A stretch of DNA of 64,000 bases. Origin: Octopus vulgaris. Taxonomy: Eukaryota. A program made the position numbers and the translations under genes. The stretch's first letter is position 1. Each line of letters begins with the position of its first letter. Below, one piece after another: positions 41,190 to 54,600 of this stretch. The notes under the pieces were generated by a model. The model was given only the letters and a program-made list of their open reading frames with translations. It searched no databases and was not told the origin of the DNA. Location: positions 132,928,001 to 132,992,000 of the forward strand of contig OX597815.1 in NCBI GenBank assembly GCA_951406725.2, given 5' to 3'.

Positions 41190-42955
41190 TATAATATATG
41201 CCAGAAGTGTGTCTCAGAGCACAAGGCCAAAAAAATAGGAACAGAATTCCAAGGGAGAGGAAGATACTCATGAGACGACGGACGAAGGTTGCAAATCGAC
41301 TCAACGAACATCTCTAAAGTAGCGAAACGTCCCGCCTAAAAACAACACTGATGGAGATTTAAAAAAAGCTGCAACAATCCTATGAGAGAGCAAACAAAGA
41401 AGCCTGGGTTATAAAAAAGGCCTTCTTTCATTACGCGAAAGAAACAGCCTCGGTTCGCTGCAAGATAGGACACCTCTTCCAAAAAGATGATTCCCTCACA
41501 GACACTCCAACTAGGATCAGTGAGGTACTGAATGACCAGTTTTTACCACCCCGTTGGAACACAGACAAGTGAACAAACCAGTGGACTTCTATGCCGCCTC
41601 ACCTATAACCAGCGAGACACATCGACATTAGCGAAGAAGATATACTACTAGCTATTGATGAGGTAAACGCAAACTCAACTACTGGTCCTGATGGTTTCCC
41701 AGCAATCATCCTCAAATCGTGTAAGTATACCCTAGCAAAACCCCTCCAGATTCTCTTCCAGAGCTTTCTTGCAAATGACAAACTACCAAGCAATCTGAAG
41801 GAGGGAATAATATGCCCAGTCCATAAAGGGGGAAGCAGAGCAGATGTCAAAAACTATAGGCCTATCTCTTTGACTTCACACATCAGCAATGTCATGGAAC
41901 GGATAGTCAGAGGGAAACTAATCGCATTCCTTGAGGAAAATAACTTACTGAGTGATACCCAGCATGGCTTTCGACCAGGTAAGAGCTGTCTCACCAAGCT
42001 CTTACAACATTATGACTGGGTGTTAAGGCAGTTACTCAACAAATCAAATGTAGATGTAAATGACCTTCATTTTGCAAAAGCTTTTGACAAAGTGGATCAT
42101 GGTATGATATGCGACAAACTGCATGATCTCGGCATAGCTGGAAAACTTGGAGAGTGGTGACATGACTTTCTGAAAGATAGAAGTCAGGCAGTAGTGGCTA
42201 CTGGAGCCACCTCTATGAAAACACAAATAGTGAGCGGTGTTCCACAGGGCACTGTCTTGGGACCGCTGCTTTTTATAGTGGCCCTCTCAGATATGCCCTC
42301 AAGTGCCTGGATAGCCACCCTTACAAGCTACGCAGACGATACGAAAGTCTAGCAGAAAATACAGAACCTCAGCGATGTTGCACATCTGCAGCAGGAGTTG
42401 TACTCATTTTAGAGATGGGCTGAGGATAATATGCAGTTTAATGCTGAAAAATGCCAAGCCCTGCGCTACCAGCTTCCAAAATTGAATATGAAACTTACAG
42501 GGTACACTGGTCCACAGGGAATTTCAATCCCAGAGCCTAAATCAGTGAGGGACCTGGGTATCGACATGAGTGATGATACCTCTTTCCAAGTGCACATTAC
42601 CAGGATGGCGACAAAGTGCAGACGACTGGCTGGCTGGATCCTGAGAACATTCAGAACCAGAGATAAGGAAACCATGATGGTCCTCTGGAGGACATTCGTC
42701 CTCAGCCGCCTGGATTACTGCTCCCGGCTATGGTCACCCAACAGTGTGAAATTAACAGCGGACCCTGAAGCAATCCAAAGAAGATTAACAAAGATTAACT
42801 GGGAAAGGCTGAAACAGCAAAGACTCTACTTCCTGGAGAGAAGAGGAGAGAGGTATGCAGTAATATACATCTGGAAAATCCTGGAAGGAATTGTGCCAAA
42901 TTTTGGCATTGAAAGCTACACCAATACCAGAACGGGACGACACTGCATAGTGCCT
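41190..42955 (+). mobile_element. CR1-type LINE relic (RT domain), with multiple stops
   Basis: GPDGFPA, NYRPISLTS, QHGFRPGKSC, FAKAFDKVDH, SGVPQGTVLGPLLF, YADDTK, VRDLGI. Confidence 0.92.
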
Positions 42956-43980
42956 AAAAAAAAGTCTGAAACCATTGGTCCAGGAGTTAGATGGTAAATG
43001 TTTTTATTTTCATTCCCTTCGAAATTTTATTCCTAATAGTGGTTTGGAATTTAACTGTCCTCTCTAGCGTGCAGATAATCCTATGATGGATACCTCTTTT
43101 GTGTTTAAATGTACACTGTATTTATACGAATAATATATAGTCTATTGACTAAATTTTTTTACATGTTAGGCCACTGGTGATGTGTAGAAATTCCACGACA
43201 CATTTTCTAGTAACTCGCAGTAATATCCTTGTGTATTGTGTGCATTTGAATGTATGTGTATATACCAGCACGTATGAAGGTTTAATACTGTCGATTCATT
43301 TCATCTGTAAAATGAATTACTGCGAGTTACTAGAAAATGTGTCGTGGAATTTGTACACATTAAATTCTACCCTTTGATATTATTAATTATTGATACTTTT
43401 TTTCTTGGATAATTTTCGAAATCAAAAGGCCGGCATATTTATTTACCGCCGACAGGGAGCTGCGCTTGCGCGGTAGATTTGAAAAATTAGAATGTATAAG
43501 CACGGGGCATATACTGGATTACCTCGTGTATATATATTTAATCTAAGGTATACCTGCTGAAGAAGGCTTCGCCTAGCAAATTATTTTATTTGCTAAAAAA
43601 ATGTCTGAAACCATTGGTCCAGGAGTTAGATGGTAAATGTTTTTATTTTCATTCCCTTCGAAATTTTATCCCTAATAGTGGTTTGGAATTTAACTGTCCT
43701 CTCTAGCGTGCAGATAGTCCTATGATGGATACCTCTTTTGTGTTTAAATATACCCTGTATATGTATATTCTTTTATTCTTTTCCTTGTTTCAATTATTTC
43801 ACTGGGGCCATGAATATATGTGTGTGCATGTGTGTGTGTGTGTATTGCAGGCATTTGAATGTATGTGTATATACCAGCACGTATGAAGGTTTAATACTGT
43901 CGATTCATTTCATCTGTAAAATGAATTACTGCGAGTTACTAGAAAATGTGTCGTGGAATTTCTACACATTAAATTCTACA
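42956..43980 (+). mobile_element. Tandem pLTR/retrozyme-like unit (about 1.6 copies, ~610-640-bp period; HH-F6)
   Basis: 42956-43120 is similar to 43595-43760; 43242-43370 is similar to 43851-43979; 43181-43224 is inverted relative to 43315-43359. Confidence 0.8.
43553..43623 (+). ncRNA. Type I hammerhead ribozyme (HH-F6)
   Basis: CCTG-CTGAAGA-AGGC(...TAGCAAAT TATTTT ATTTGCTA...)GTCT-GAA-ACCATTGGT-C-CAGG; GUC site. Confidence 0.82.
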
Positions 43981-44499
43981 GTGTGAATTCAGCTGTTTTT
44001 ATGTCTTTGTCTGTGTTTATATGTTAATACGTAACTGCATGCGTGTACGTACGAGCGCGCTGGCCGTTATGTGTTTGTGTATCCGTGCTTGCTTATGCAT
44101 GCGTCTGTGAGACATATTATAAGCTGCATATCCTATAAATGTTTCATACAATATTAATATCCTTATTATATTACATAGCAACATATGTCATATGTTCCAA
44201 CTTGAGCATTTCAATAAGCTTTGCAATATATTATAAATACATTAATTCCGTCGCAGACGCAATAATGTATTGTTGAAAATTATAATTGTCAAGAATAGTT
44301 TTCTTTGGGGAAGGCTGTTTTTAAATGTGTTATGCTATTTTACTGCCAATCATTCTCATTCTAGCGAAATATTTGCTTTATATTTATCGAAATTGTAAAT
44401 GTACTTTATATCAAGTTATTGATTTATAACTTTTGTATATGCGTGTATATATATTTATATTTATAAACATCTCCCTTTTCCTTTCTATGTGCATATCTA

Positions 44500-44560
<61 letters not shown>

Positions 44561-45496
44561 TATATTTATATACATATACACGTATACGTACACCCACACA
44601 CGTTTTTATGTATGTATGGCGTTGATTCTGTAGGTATATAATTATATTTCTTATTGAACAAAGCTATAATGGAAGGCGTTCCATCAGTGCACAGCCCATC
44701 TAATTGACTCGCATGTATTGTTGTAAAATATACCTGTGGATCTACCTAGCACGTCTGGGAATTAACTAGCAAAGTATCCTTACGAGACATATATAATTTC
44801 ATAAAGCAGTTATTTTCTTTGGTTTTTCTATAATATAATAATTTCTTTGCAGATTTATTTAAACTGTCTCCAAAAGTCCGGCAGACAAAAAAAAATATAC
44901 AAAAGCAAATAAGATTAGGAAAAAAGTATATAATGTACGAAAGTTGTCAAATGTCTAAAACTTGGAAATAAACAGGTTTGCTGTGAACAATACCATCGAG
45001 GCACAGAAGGTACCACTTAGGACAATGCTCAGCATAATTGTGTTCAGCAAAAGATATTTTAATTTCACAATAGCGTGAGGGTTGAAGTTTATTGCCTATT
45101 ACCATAGCGTCTATAAATATGTAAAATATAATGCAATAATATACGTGTCTCTACATTACAAGAGTTGTTTAACTTTGATGAATGATCGTGCAACACCACC
45201 AATAAAGATAAAATGTATCTCAGCTGATTTTCAGAGTAATGTTTTTGGGGTCATATGTTATACAGTAAACAATAGACACACACACACACACATATATATA
45301 TTCACATATATATATACAATATGTATGTATGTATGTATATGCGTGTGTTTGTGTGTGTTAATTATCTATATATACACTTATACATATAGATACATATATA
45401 TATATATATACACATATACATATACATACATATATATTGTATATATATATTCACATATATATATACATGCATATATATATTGTATATATATATATG

Positions 45497-45529
<33 letters not shown>

Positions 45530-45579
45530 GTATGTATATATGAATATATACACACACACATATATACATGGATATACAT

Positions 45580-46478
45580 TGACTTGCAAAGAAACTCGCA
45601 AATGCTGTATGAATATTATGGGTCAGTGCAGGCGGTATATTTGCAGCCGCTTTTCTTCTTTGCCTTGCACCCCTTAGACTATTAATGCCGTTTGAAACAA
45701 AGTCTCTTATACCATTTTCAGAAGACGATTTCCAATGTTGTTCGCTCCAAGACTGATAGCTCAAAGGTGGTGTGAGCTATATTGATTTCTGAGAGGTTAC
45801 TCTTCAGCTTGTCCTTATATCTGAGACATGATGAACCAAAATTCGTACGCCCTCTATCTAGCTGGCAGTACATGGGGACTGAGTATACTTTTATCACTTA
45901 TTTTGACGACATGGTCAGTCCACCGCAAATGCGACTGCATAGGAAGCTTTCGATTCCACTAATCTTACACTTGCTAAACAGGTCGACACTAAACCATCAG
46001 TGTTTTACTGAAAAACCGCAGATCGTCCTGAAACAGCCTTTGTGGAGAACGTCTAGTTTGTTAATGTACCACCTATAGGATGTCGCGATTTGAAGTCTTA
46101 CAAGAGAATAGTAAGAATGGCAGCTCATCTTTATAGACCCGTAGTTTAATGTCAAGTTTAAGCCAGCTTCCTTTCCAGAGGCAATGACGGAGTTTGCCAA
46201 ATGCGTTGGTTGCTTTCGCAAGATAGTTGACGATTTCATCATTAAGAGAAGCGCTTGAATTCATTTGACTACCAAGATATGTATATGACTTCACGTACTT
46301 TAGGTTTTTCCCGTCAATCTCTTTAGAAGTGTTGGTGAAATTATGAACCTGCGGCTTCTGCTTGACACCTCGAATTTGCTTAGGTTGATCACATCCGGCT
46401 TCTTTGTACTAATGGTCAAGCCGAGGGCTTTACAAGCAGCAGAAAATAAGCCTAGAAGTTCCCGCCGTTTACGCTGAC
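45580..46478 (-). mobile_element. RTE (BovB-like) LINE 3' part, degenerate
   Basis: FSAACKALGLTISTKK; YTYLGS...LNDEI...AKATNAFGKL...W....KLRVY. Confidence 0.85.
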
Positions 46479-46949
46479 ACAGGTGCACACATACACACAC
46501 ACATACACACGAACACACACACGTACGCACGCACACACACACATTTGTTGGTTAAAACGTCTACAAATGGTTCCATGTGAAAAGATCTTCGCAATTGTTA
46601 GAGCGTGCCACTTGAAAGTATTGATTGGTATCATGTCATTCTTAGAAGTTATCTCTAGTGATTCACATATTTATTCCGAAATCCCGTTCCGTCACCTGTT
46701 ACCTCGTCTATTCCCATACAAAATGAAATCGAGTACCAACGCTTCCGTATGGCACGTTTGAACAATTGTGAAGATCCCTTCACATGAAACCATCGGTATC
46801 CTCGTTAAGCTAATGTGGTGCTAAGCACTCATTTACATTATTTGATATTATCATGTGTATATGTGTGTGTGTGTGTGTGTATGTATGTGTGTGTATGTAT
46901 GTATGTATGTAAGTATGTATGTATAAACGTATACATATAAAGAGAGAGA

Positions 46950-47555
46950 GGCGCAGTTGTCGTTGTGTAATAAGAAGCTTGCTTCACAACCACACGGTTC
47001 CGGGTTCAGTTCCACTGCGTGACACCTTGGGTGAGTGTCTTCTATATCCTTGGGCCGACTAAAGCTTTGTGAATGGATTTGTTAGACGAAACTCTTATTT
47101 TAACGATTTGTATCTATTTATCACCCGATGAGACACATCTGCGCCACCGGATACTTCTGAACCAGTTGTTAAGTTTCCCACCCATAAGGGATAGATGCTA
47201 GATATGTCGAAGCAATTGTCGTGATTAATAAAAATTCTCGTATATCCCATCTTCCGTCTTTCATTTACCATATATATGTATGTGTGTATGTATGTATGTA
47301 TGTATGTATGTATGTATGTATGTATGTATTTATGTGCGTGTGTCTGTGTTAGTCCTCCCACCACCACCATCGCTTGACAACCGATGTTGGTGTGTTTATA
47401 TCCCCGTAAGTTGGCGGTTCGGCAAAAGATGCCCATAAAATTAGTACTAGGCTTACAAAGAATAACTCCTTCGGTCGATTTCTTCGACTGAAACTCTTTA
47501 AGGCGATGCTCCAGCATGGCTGCAGTCAAATTGTTGAAACAATTAAAAAAATAAA
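46950..47555 (+). mobile_element. SINE-B split by a hammerhead-containing Penelope end (47095-47270)
   Basis: Head at 46950-47093, tail at 47340-47555. Confidence 0.8.
47120..47225 (+). ncRNA. Degenerate type I hammerhead with a long loop II (HH-F7)
   Basis: ATCAC-CCGATGA-GACACATCT(...)AGATATGTC-GAAGCAATTGT-C-GTGAT; the sister half at 52278-52304 retains GAAACAATTGTC. Confidence 0.6.
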
Positions 47556-48777
47556 AGATTGTGTGTATGTGAGCGTGTGTGTGCCTGTGCATCTGTGTGT
47601 GTGTATTTCAAAGCAAACATAAAACTTTAACTAAAGGCTTTAAATTAATGGGTTGAAAAGCCTTTTGGACACCAAAGTCGAAGGCAACCCCTGGGACCCT
47701 AAGCTGCTCTTTCTGTAGACGTGACGAGCGTTCTTGCATTGGACCAAAAAAATCCTCCTAATTTCTCTATCAGTTTTGGAAACTTTATTCTTATTAGCGA
47801 GAATTGTAAATTGTATTTTGGTGACGTCATAAGGAGAAAATTTCGAGGGAATGCGAAATCGCTCTTCGATTAGAGGATTCTCGAAGCATGTATAGCTTTA
47901 AATAATAGTATGTAAATATTGGGTTTCAGAAAGCTTTCGGATAGAAAAAAAAAAAACGGTGATATCCCGTGGAACTCGGATCCACAGCTCCTGTAGACAT
48001 GACATCCGTTAGAGAGAGAACATTTTTTATATTATTGTGTTATAAAACGTTTTCGCTGTCTAACGAATTTCTCATAGGTAATTCCTTACATGACAATATA
48101 ACAGGTAACTCTTATGTAATGGAGAATAAATAATACCCAAACAATTCTATTTTCCTGTTTTGTTATATAATACTTCTGTAAATAATATTTCCGTAATTAA
48201 AAGATTACAAAATTACAAAAAATTGTATGAATCCAACGTCTGACATTGGGCGTTCTGACTCAGTCGAGTATTAAAAACACCTTATAATGATGGAGCCGCT
48301 GAGGTTTGGATTAAAACCTACATACCCTATACGCTTTAAAACTTTTGGTGCCCTGATATATATATATGTTATTCGAAATAAAAACAATAATAAACCATAA
48401 AATATTTTTTTCATTTTTCAAAATGAAACACAACTAACAGTAAAATGGAAAATAATGTTTATTTTTGTATACTTCCAGTTTATTTATATTTGAAAAGTTT
48501 TCTACTTACTTTTTAATTGCAAAGTCTTCGATCAATCCTCACTATGTAACCATGAAGACTTGGAAATTATATTTCCGATCATATAAACCACTTTGAAGTT
48601 TAAAGTGATTACTTTTGTGTTGTAAGCCATATACCATTTCCGTGGTGCAACACCTGGTCTTATTTTACTGAATGGTTAACCCAGCACTAGTCAACTAAAA
48701 GTTCAGTTTAACATGTAAAATTACCGGTTTTGGAAAGACTGGGATAAAAATGTTTAAAGAAATGAATTATGTATGAA

Positions 48778-49018
48778 TTATATAATCTGTATAGAGGAAG
48801 TTAGATTTTTTTGGTTTTTTTGCAGCCGAATAAACAATTTCCGATTTCGTTTCGGATTTAGAATTCTTATAAAGTATTCTTCTTTTACCTTAGAAAGAAA
48901 ATAATCAACTACGAAAGGCAAAGGAGAAATATTTTATAAGAATACTAAATCCGAAATGAAACTAGAAATTGTCTATACTGTCACCGAAAACAGTTTCCTC
49001 TTTACTGATTATATAATG
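48778..49018. repeat. Degenerate inverted repeat (~100-bp arms)
   Basis: TTTCGGATTTAGAATTCTTATAAAGTATT pairs with AATATTTTATAAGAATACTAAATCCGAAA; outer TTATATAATCTGTATAGAGGAA pairs with TTCCTCTTTACTGATTATATAA. Confidence 0.7.
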
Positions 49019-49029
49019 AATATGACTTC

Positions 49030-49080
<51 letters not shown>

Positions 49081-49407
49081 ATAGTGATACAGCAATGCAC
49101 CAATATTTACTGGACGTAGCAGTCGATAATATGCGACGCTATAGTAAAGCTTCACTGTGTATATACTGGCAAAGATGTTTGTGGGTGGCGAACATTAAAC
49201 ATTTCGTCTTACCTGTAGGAAGAACATGAGGTAAATGTACAACCCAGATGTGGATATTCTAGGACCTGGGTTTCAAACTCTCCAAAATACGTTTGTTAAC
49301 GAAAATTTGGTTAGTTCTCCTTAGCTATATATACATATAAACCAACGTACTAACACATTTGTATGTATGTTTGAATGTATGTATGTATGTATGTATGTAT
49401 GTATGTA

Positions 49408-50520
49408 TGACAGTCAATCTCAAGAGAACTGTTGTCATGCATCAACCTGCCCCTGGTAAGCAGTATAGTGTACCAAATATCTATGTGTATGATAAACGAC
49501 TTGATGTAGTTGATCAGTTTGTCTACCAGGGAAGCACTATTAATAGATATGGCAATTTGGATGATGAAATTCCATATAGAATTAGGAAAGCAAGTGTTGC
49601 TTTCAGAAGGCTAGAAAAGCGCCTCTGGAGTCGGACGAGACATATGCAGAAAGACAAAGATAAAGGTGTACAAGGCATGTGTGCTCCCTTCTCTTCTCTA
49701 TACCTGCGAGACGTGGGTCACATATCGATACCACCTTAAACAACTGGAACGTTTCCATCAGATGTGCCTCAGACGGATCTATGGCATTAAGTGGAAGGAC
49801 TACATCTTGTGTTAAAGCAAAGGCTCAGATGGAGTGATCATCTGGTCAGGATGAAGGATTCAAGGATATCAAAACAACTCTTTTCTGGAGAGTTAGCTAA
49901 AGGAGAACGACCTCCACATAAACCAAAAAAGAGGTATAAGGACTTGCTGAAGACTTCCTTAAGAGATGCTTGCATCTCTCCTGACACATGGAGCAGGTGG
50001 AGAAGGACTGACACACGTAGCAGGTGGAGAAGGACTGTGCATGAGGGGACAGCCATTTTTGAGAAATTTCGAGTTGCACATGAGAAAGTAAGGAGGTATG
50101 TTAGGAAGGGCATCGCTGTTACACTTCCAGAAGGGAAGGGTCTTCCTTTGATGCTGACATGCAACGTCTGTGCAAGACCCTGCCTCAGTAAAGCTGGACT
50201 CAAGAGTCATCTTCGTAGTCATAAAACGAGACAGATGAGTGACAACCTGGCCACTGGTGGTGGTGTAACACACCATACTAATCATTTCTGTTGGGCATGT
50301 GGAAGAGAGTGTAATTCGGCAAGAGGACTTAAACGACATGCAAAGATACATGAAGTCCAGTTAAAACTACTGCCGGCTATCACCAGTAAAGGTTTTAGTT
50401 GCCAATTTTGTACAAGACATTGTAGACCTTTAGCAGGGCTAAAAAGTCACATTCGATCACAGCACCAGTAACAGTTAAGCTTCGTGCAATGGTCATACTC
50501 GATAACGAGGGGACAGACAT
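49408..50520 (+). mobile_element. RTE LINE 3' part with three C-terminal C2H2 fingers
   Basis: VNLKRTVVMHQPAP, FVYQGS, KASVAFRRL, LRWSDHLVRM..RISKQLFSGEL; fingers CNVC..H..H, CWAC..H..H, CQFC..H..H; (TATG)n flanks. Confidence 0.9.
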
Positions 50521-50589
50521 AATGTATGTATGTATGTATGTATGTATGTTGTATGTATGTATTATATGAGGGTGCATCGCCTAATTGTT

Positions 50590-50760
50590 AATGTGTTATA
50601 CACAGGATCACGAGATCGTGTTTGCCTTCGTTTCCCGAACCGAGCGGTGTGTTGTGTTCTTGAGCAAAGTGCCTCATTTCACATTGGTCCATAGTCAATT
50701 CGTCGTCTGATATGTAGTACACTACGCACTTGCACAAGCAATGACGATTTGGTAGGGGTA
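50590..50760 (+). mobile_element. Degenerate third SINE type (CORE/V-like)
   Basis: TTCGTTTCCCG...GTTGTGTTCTTGAGCAAAGTGCCTCATTTCAC. Confidence 0.5.
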
Positions 50761-50764
50761 CTGA

Positions 50765-51915
50765 TCTAGTTTGTGGAAAGGAAAAATTAGAAGCATTTAT
50801 TTTTACCACATGTCTCTATATGTTCACTCAATGGAATTTGGCGAACATTGGTGTTCGGGATTTGCTATCTGTGAGCGTTCCGGTAATGCATTCCCTGTCT
50901 CGCCTATATATAATTCCTCACAATTCGGACATTTAATGCAGAATATCAAATTTCTCCATTTGTAGTTCATATCTGCATTCGCGAAAATCCTTCCATTTGT
51001 TTTGTTCTAATGGATCTACCCGTATGCATGTAATGACACGTTCCACATCTGTTATCATTACACTTGAATACTGTGAATGTGTTATCCTGTTTGGTCATTT
51101 TGGATATGGCCTTTCTTAATAGTTTCTTTGGGTTATGTGGTTGCAGTTTTCTTAAGATAAATGTTTGGTTATGTTTTTTATTCCCTTTATTTTATGATTG
51201 GTAAATTTATTTTATGATGAGAAGAATGCTTTGGTGATGCAGAATGCGTGTTACTAAAAATGACATTGTGTTCCTTTGGTGGGTTCGTCTTTTTCGTGTT
51301 GCTCTAAGTTCTTCTATAGGTATCTCTTTTGCTCGTTGTTTGCTATTTTCTATAAGTAAGAGAGGATATATTTGCATGGGCAGAAATCCTTTGAGTTCTA
51401 TAAGTCATGTGTTTCTGCTATTTTGATCTTCCACTATAGTACAAATTTTCCTGCCTAGACAGTACTGAATGTTGCGTTTTGTGTGTGTTGGGTGGCATGA
51501 TTTGAAATTTAGGTACTAGTATGTATCTGTGCTTTTGTAATAAATATCAGTTGTGATTGTGGTGTTGTTTTTAATTATCATTATGTCAAGAAATGGTAAT
51601 TGTGTGTTGATCATTTCTCTTGTGAATTTAAGACTAGGGTGTAGATTATTGAGGAGGGTACTGAATTCTTCCAGATTTTCAAGGGCTTTGGTCCAAATTA
51701 GGAAACAGTCATCGAGATATCTTTTCCATGTGTCCTCTATATATCTTTTAACGGTCATGCCGTAGTCCTCTTCAATTTTTTATATAGGTTTTGTTCCAAG
51801 TATCCCAATACTGAGTTCGCGAAAACTGGAGCCAATCGCGTCCCCATAGCTGTGTCTCGAATTTGGAGGTAGTTTTTTCCATTGAAAAGGAATGTATTGT
51901 TTTTGAGGATGTATG
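50765..51915 (-). mobile_element. Penelope-like element: RT plus GIY-YIG, defective
   Basis: TAMGT.LAP.FAN, WKRYLDDCF, LPFLD, DIYYKSTD, SCHP; NLIFCIKCPNCEELYIGETG. Confidence 0.9.
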
Positions 51916-51937
51916 AAGGTTACAGTATGAATGTTAC

Positions 51938-52352
51938 AGGAGAGATAGGGAATGCATTATCGGAATGCTCACGAGTCCACAGACAACAAATCCGGAACAC
52001 CAATGTTCGCCAAATTTCATTGGGCGAAAATATTGAAACGTCATCAGAAAATGTTTCTAATTTGTCCTTTCCACAAACTATATGACTCAAGTGAGGTTGA
52101 AAGAAAGATAAAAGGAAAATGGTTTATTAAAATGTTCAAACATGTTCTGAATGGAAATAACAGCAATGATATAACAATCAGTTAATGATGTGGATTAATA
52201 AATATAAACAAGTGATAGAATATCGGTACGCCTGGCAAAACGTGGTGTTTAAGGTAATGTGGATTGATCAAAAAAGATAGATATGTCGAAACAATTGTCA
52301 TGATTACTAATAAAAATTTTCATATATTCTATCTTCCACCTTTCCTTTACAA
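51938..52352 (+). mobile_element. Inverted Penelope 3' end/pLTR attached to the truncated 5' end
   Basis: GEIGNALSECSRVHRQQI...FPFHKL is an inverted homolog of 50770-50905; ends with the 3' half of HH-F7. Confidence 0.8.
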
Positions 52353-52356
52353 TGTA

Positions 52357-52591
52357 TAAAGGTCTGATCAATAAGTATCCGGCCTGTTGCCATAGTAACA
52401 AAAGCTAAAGCTCGCAGAGGTAAAGCCGCTTGGCAAAGATTGACCTTGAACTCTGCTGTGCATGTAAGCAGCAGAAATGAGCTAAAACGTTAAAACAGAG
52501 TTGCAGGTCAATCTGTACCAAGCGGCTTTAATTTGCGTGCTTTAGCTTCGTTACTATGGCATCAGTCCGGATACATTTTGATCAGACCATG
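52357..52591. mobile_element. mariner-derived MITE with ~100-bp inverted arms
   Basis: GGTCTGATCAATAAGTATCCGG...CCGGATACATTTTGATCAGACC, TA flanks; arms match 35710-35810. Confidence 0.88.
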
Positions 52592-52596
52592 TATGT

Positions 52597-53818
52597 CAGG
52601 GGTTGGACAACATAATGAAACCACCTATCACCATAGCATCATAATTTTGAAATATCTATAGAACCGTCAAAAGCTTGTTTTTTTTATTTATTATTAGTGT
52701 TGCTTAATGTTTTGCTGTTTTTTAGATATCAGCAAAAGGTAATTAAAATAACAGATCTATCGGACTTTCAAAGAGGTCAAATTGCTAGTGCTAACGTAAC
52801 GAAAACTGCCGAAATGTTTGGTGTATCAAGAAGTACTGACTTGAAAGTAATGATAGCCTTTGAGAAAGAGGCAAAAACCTCCTCGACGAAACAAAATTCC
52901 GGAAGGAAACCAAATCTTTCACACAGGGGCCGTTGGACTCTTACGTGAATTGTTAGAAAGGATCACAAAAGTACAGCTCCCAAAATCATAGCTGAGCTTA
53001 ATGACTACCTCGAGAATCCAGTTTCCGCAAAACCGATCGCCGGGAGCTGCACAAAGCCAGATTTCACGGGAGGGCTTCAATCAGAAAACCACTATTTTCA
53101 AAAACAAACGTTGCAAAGCATTTAGAGTGGAGTAAAAACCTACAGTATTGGTCCCTTGAGCAGTGGAAGAATGTTATTTTCTCGGACTAGTCATCCTTTA
53201 CTTTATATCCGACCACCGGCTGAGTATACGTGTGGAGACAGCCAAAAGAAGCATTTGACCTAGACTGCCTTCTTTCAACAGTTAAACATTGAGGAGGATC
53301 TGTGATGATCTGATGGGGATATATCTTGGAAATCCGCCAGCCCAATGGTTTCTCTTCATGACAGAATTAATAGTCAGGACTTTTTAAGCATTTTATCTGA
53401 TCAAATTCATCCTGTGTTTCCGGAAATATTTCCCGAGGGGAACGCAATCTTTCAGGATGATAATGCAACAATTCACACAGCTAAAGTTGATATTGAATGG
53501 CAGGAGGAGCATTCTAGTGAAGTTGAATATCTTATCTGGCCACCACAGTCCCCAGATCTCAATACTATTGAACACTTATGGTGCATTTTAGAAAAACAAG
53601 TAAGCAGTCGATATCCTCCGCTATCATCACTACAAGAACTGGAGACTGTTTTAGCTGAAGAATGAATAAAAATTCCTTTGGAAATAATTCAAACTTCGTA
53701 CGAATTCACACGTTGTAGATTTCAAACTGTAATTGCTGCCAAAGGCGATCCTACCCCCATATTAAAATAAATCTTGTTTGAAATTTAAAGGTGGTTCCAT
53801 TATTTTGACCAACCCCTG
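52597..53818 (+). mobile_element. Tc1-family transposon, DD36E spacing, defective
   Basis: TIRs CAGGGGTTGGACAACATAATGAAACCACC / GGTGGTTCCATTATTTTGACCAACCCCTG; DLSDFQRGQI, VIFSD*S, FQDDNA, WPPQSPDLNTIE. Confidence 0.9.
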
Positions 53819-54538
53819 TATATAAAGAGTTAGAGAGAGTGAGAGAGAGACAGGCAGACAGACAGATAATTTGCTTTCCAATTAATTTACATTTATGTCT
53901 ATTACTATTATCAAGCTTCAAATATCATGAATGGATGAACTTCATCTGATGACGTAGACTTAATATGCAACGAAAATAGTAGACAGAAAAATTACACCAA
54001 AAACTCTGTACTGTGATACTAAATAGACAAATAAATATCATAACCAATAAACAGAAGAACGATATTTAGCGGTAAAAATAATATCACTATACGACAAATA
54101 TATTCTATTATTAATGATACAACACACAGACATTTAAGAGAACTACATTACAATACACTGAAATTATAGCTGTACATTATATATAGTGCTAATTTAATGC
54201 ATAGATCTTCTTTCACCAGCGACTCTGCTGGTTCAGCATGCAAATTGTTTTATTTATTTATAGACTATAGCTGAAGTTGTTAGAATCACCACCTAGCGAT
54301 CCTTTTGATCAACACGCCGACTCCCCAAACATTATTGACCTTTCAATCACCTCCTAATTAAACTATTATAATTTCTGTATTCATCGAATCGTCTGACTAC
54401 GCTACTCAACAAATACTGTTTAACCAGTTCTGTGACATTCAAGTTACTTGCCTGGTCAGAGTTCCACCAAGCCTACGTCTACAACCTCCTGACATTAATT
54501 GTGATTTAATTTTAACCTGTATGATAGATATGAGATCA

Positions 54539-54600
<62 letters not shown>

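Noticed and set aside
49791-50471. Host C2H2 zinc-finger gene
   Set aside because: In frame with the RTE RT C-terminus and lacks TGEKP linkers
53940-53990. CTGATGA...CGAAA hammerhead-like string
   Set aside because: Stems I to III do not pair convincingly; at best a decayed relic
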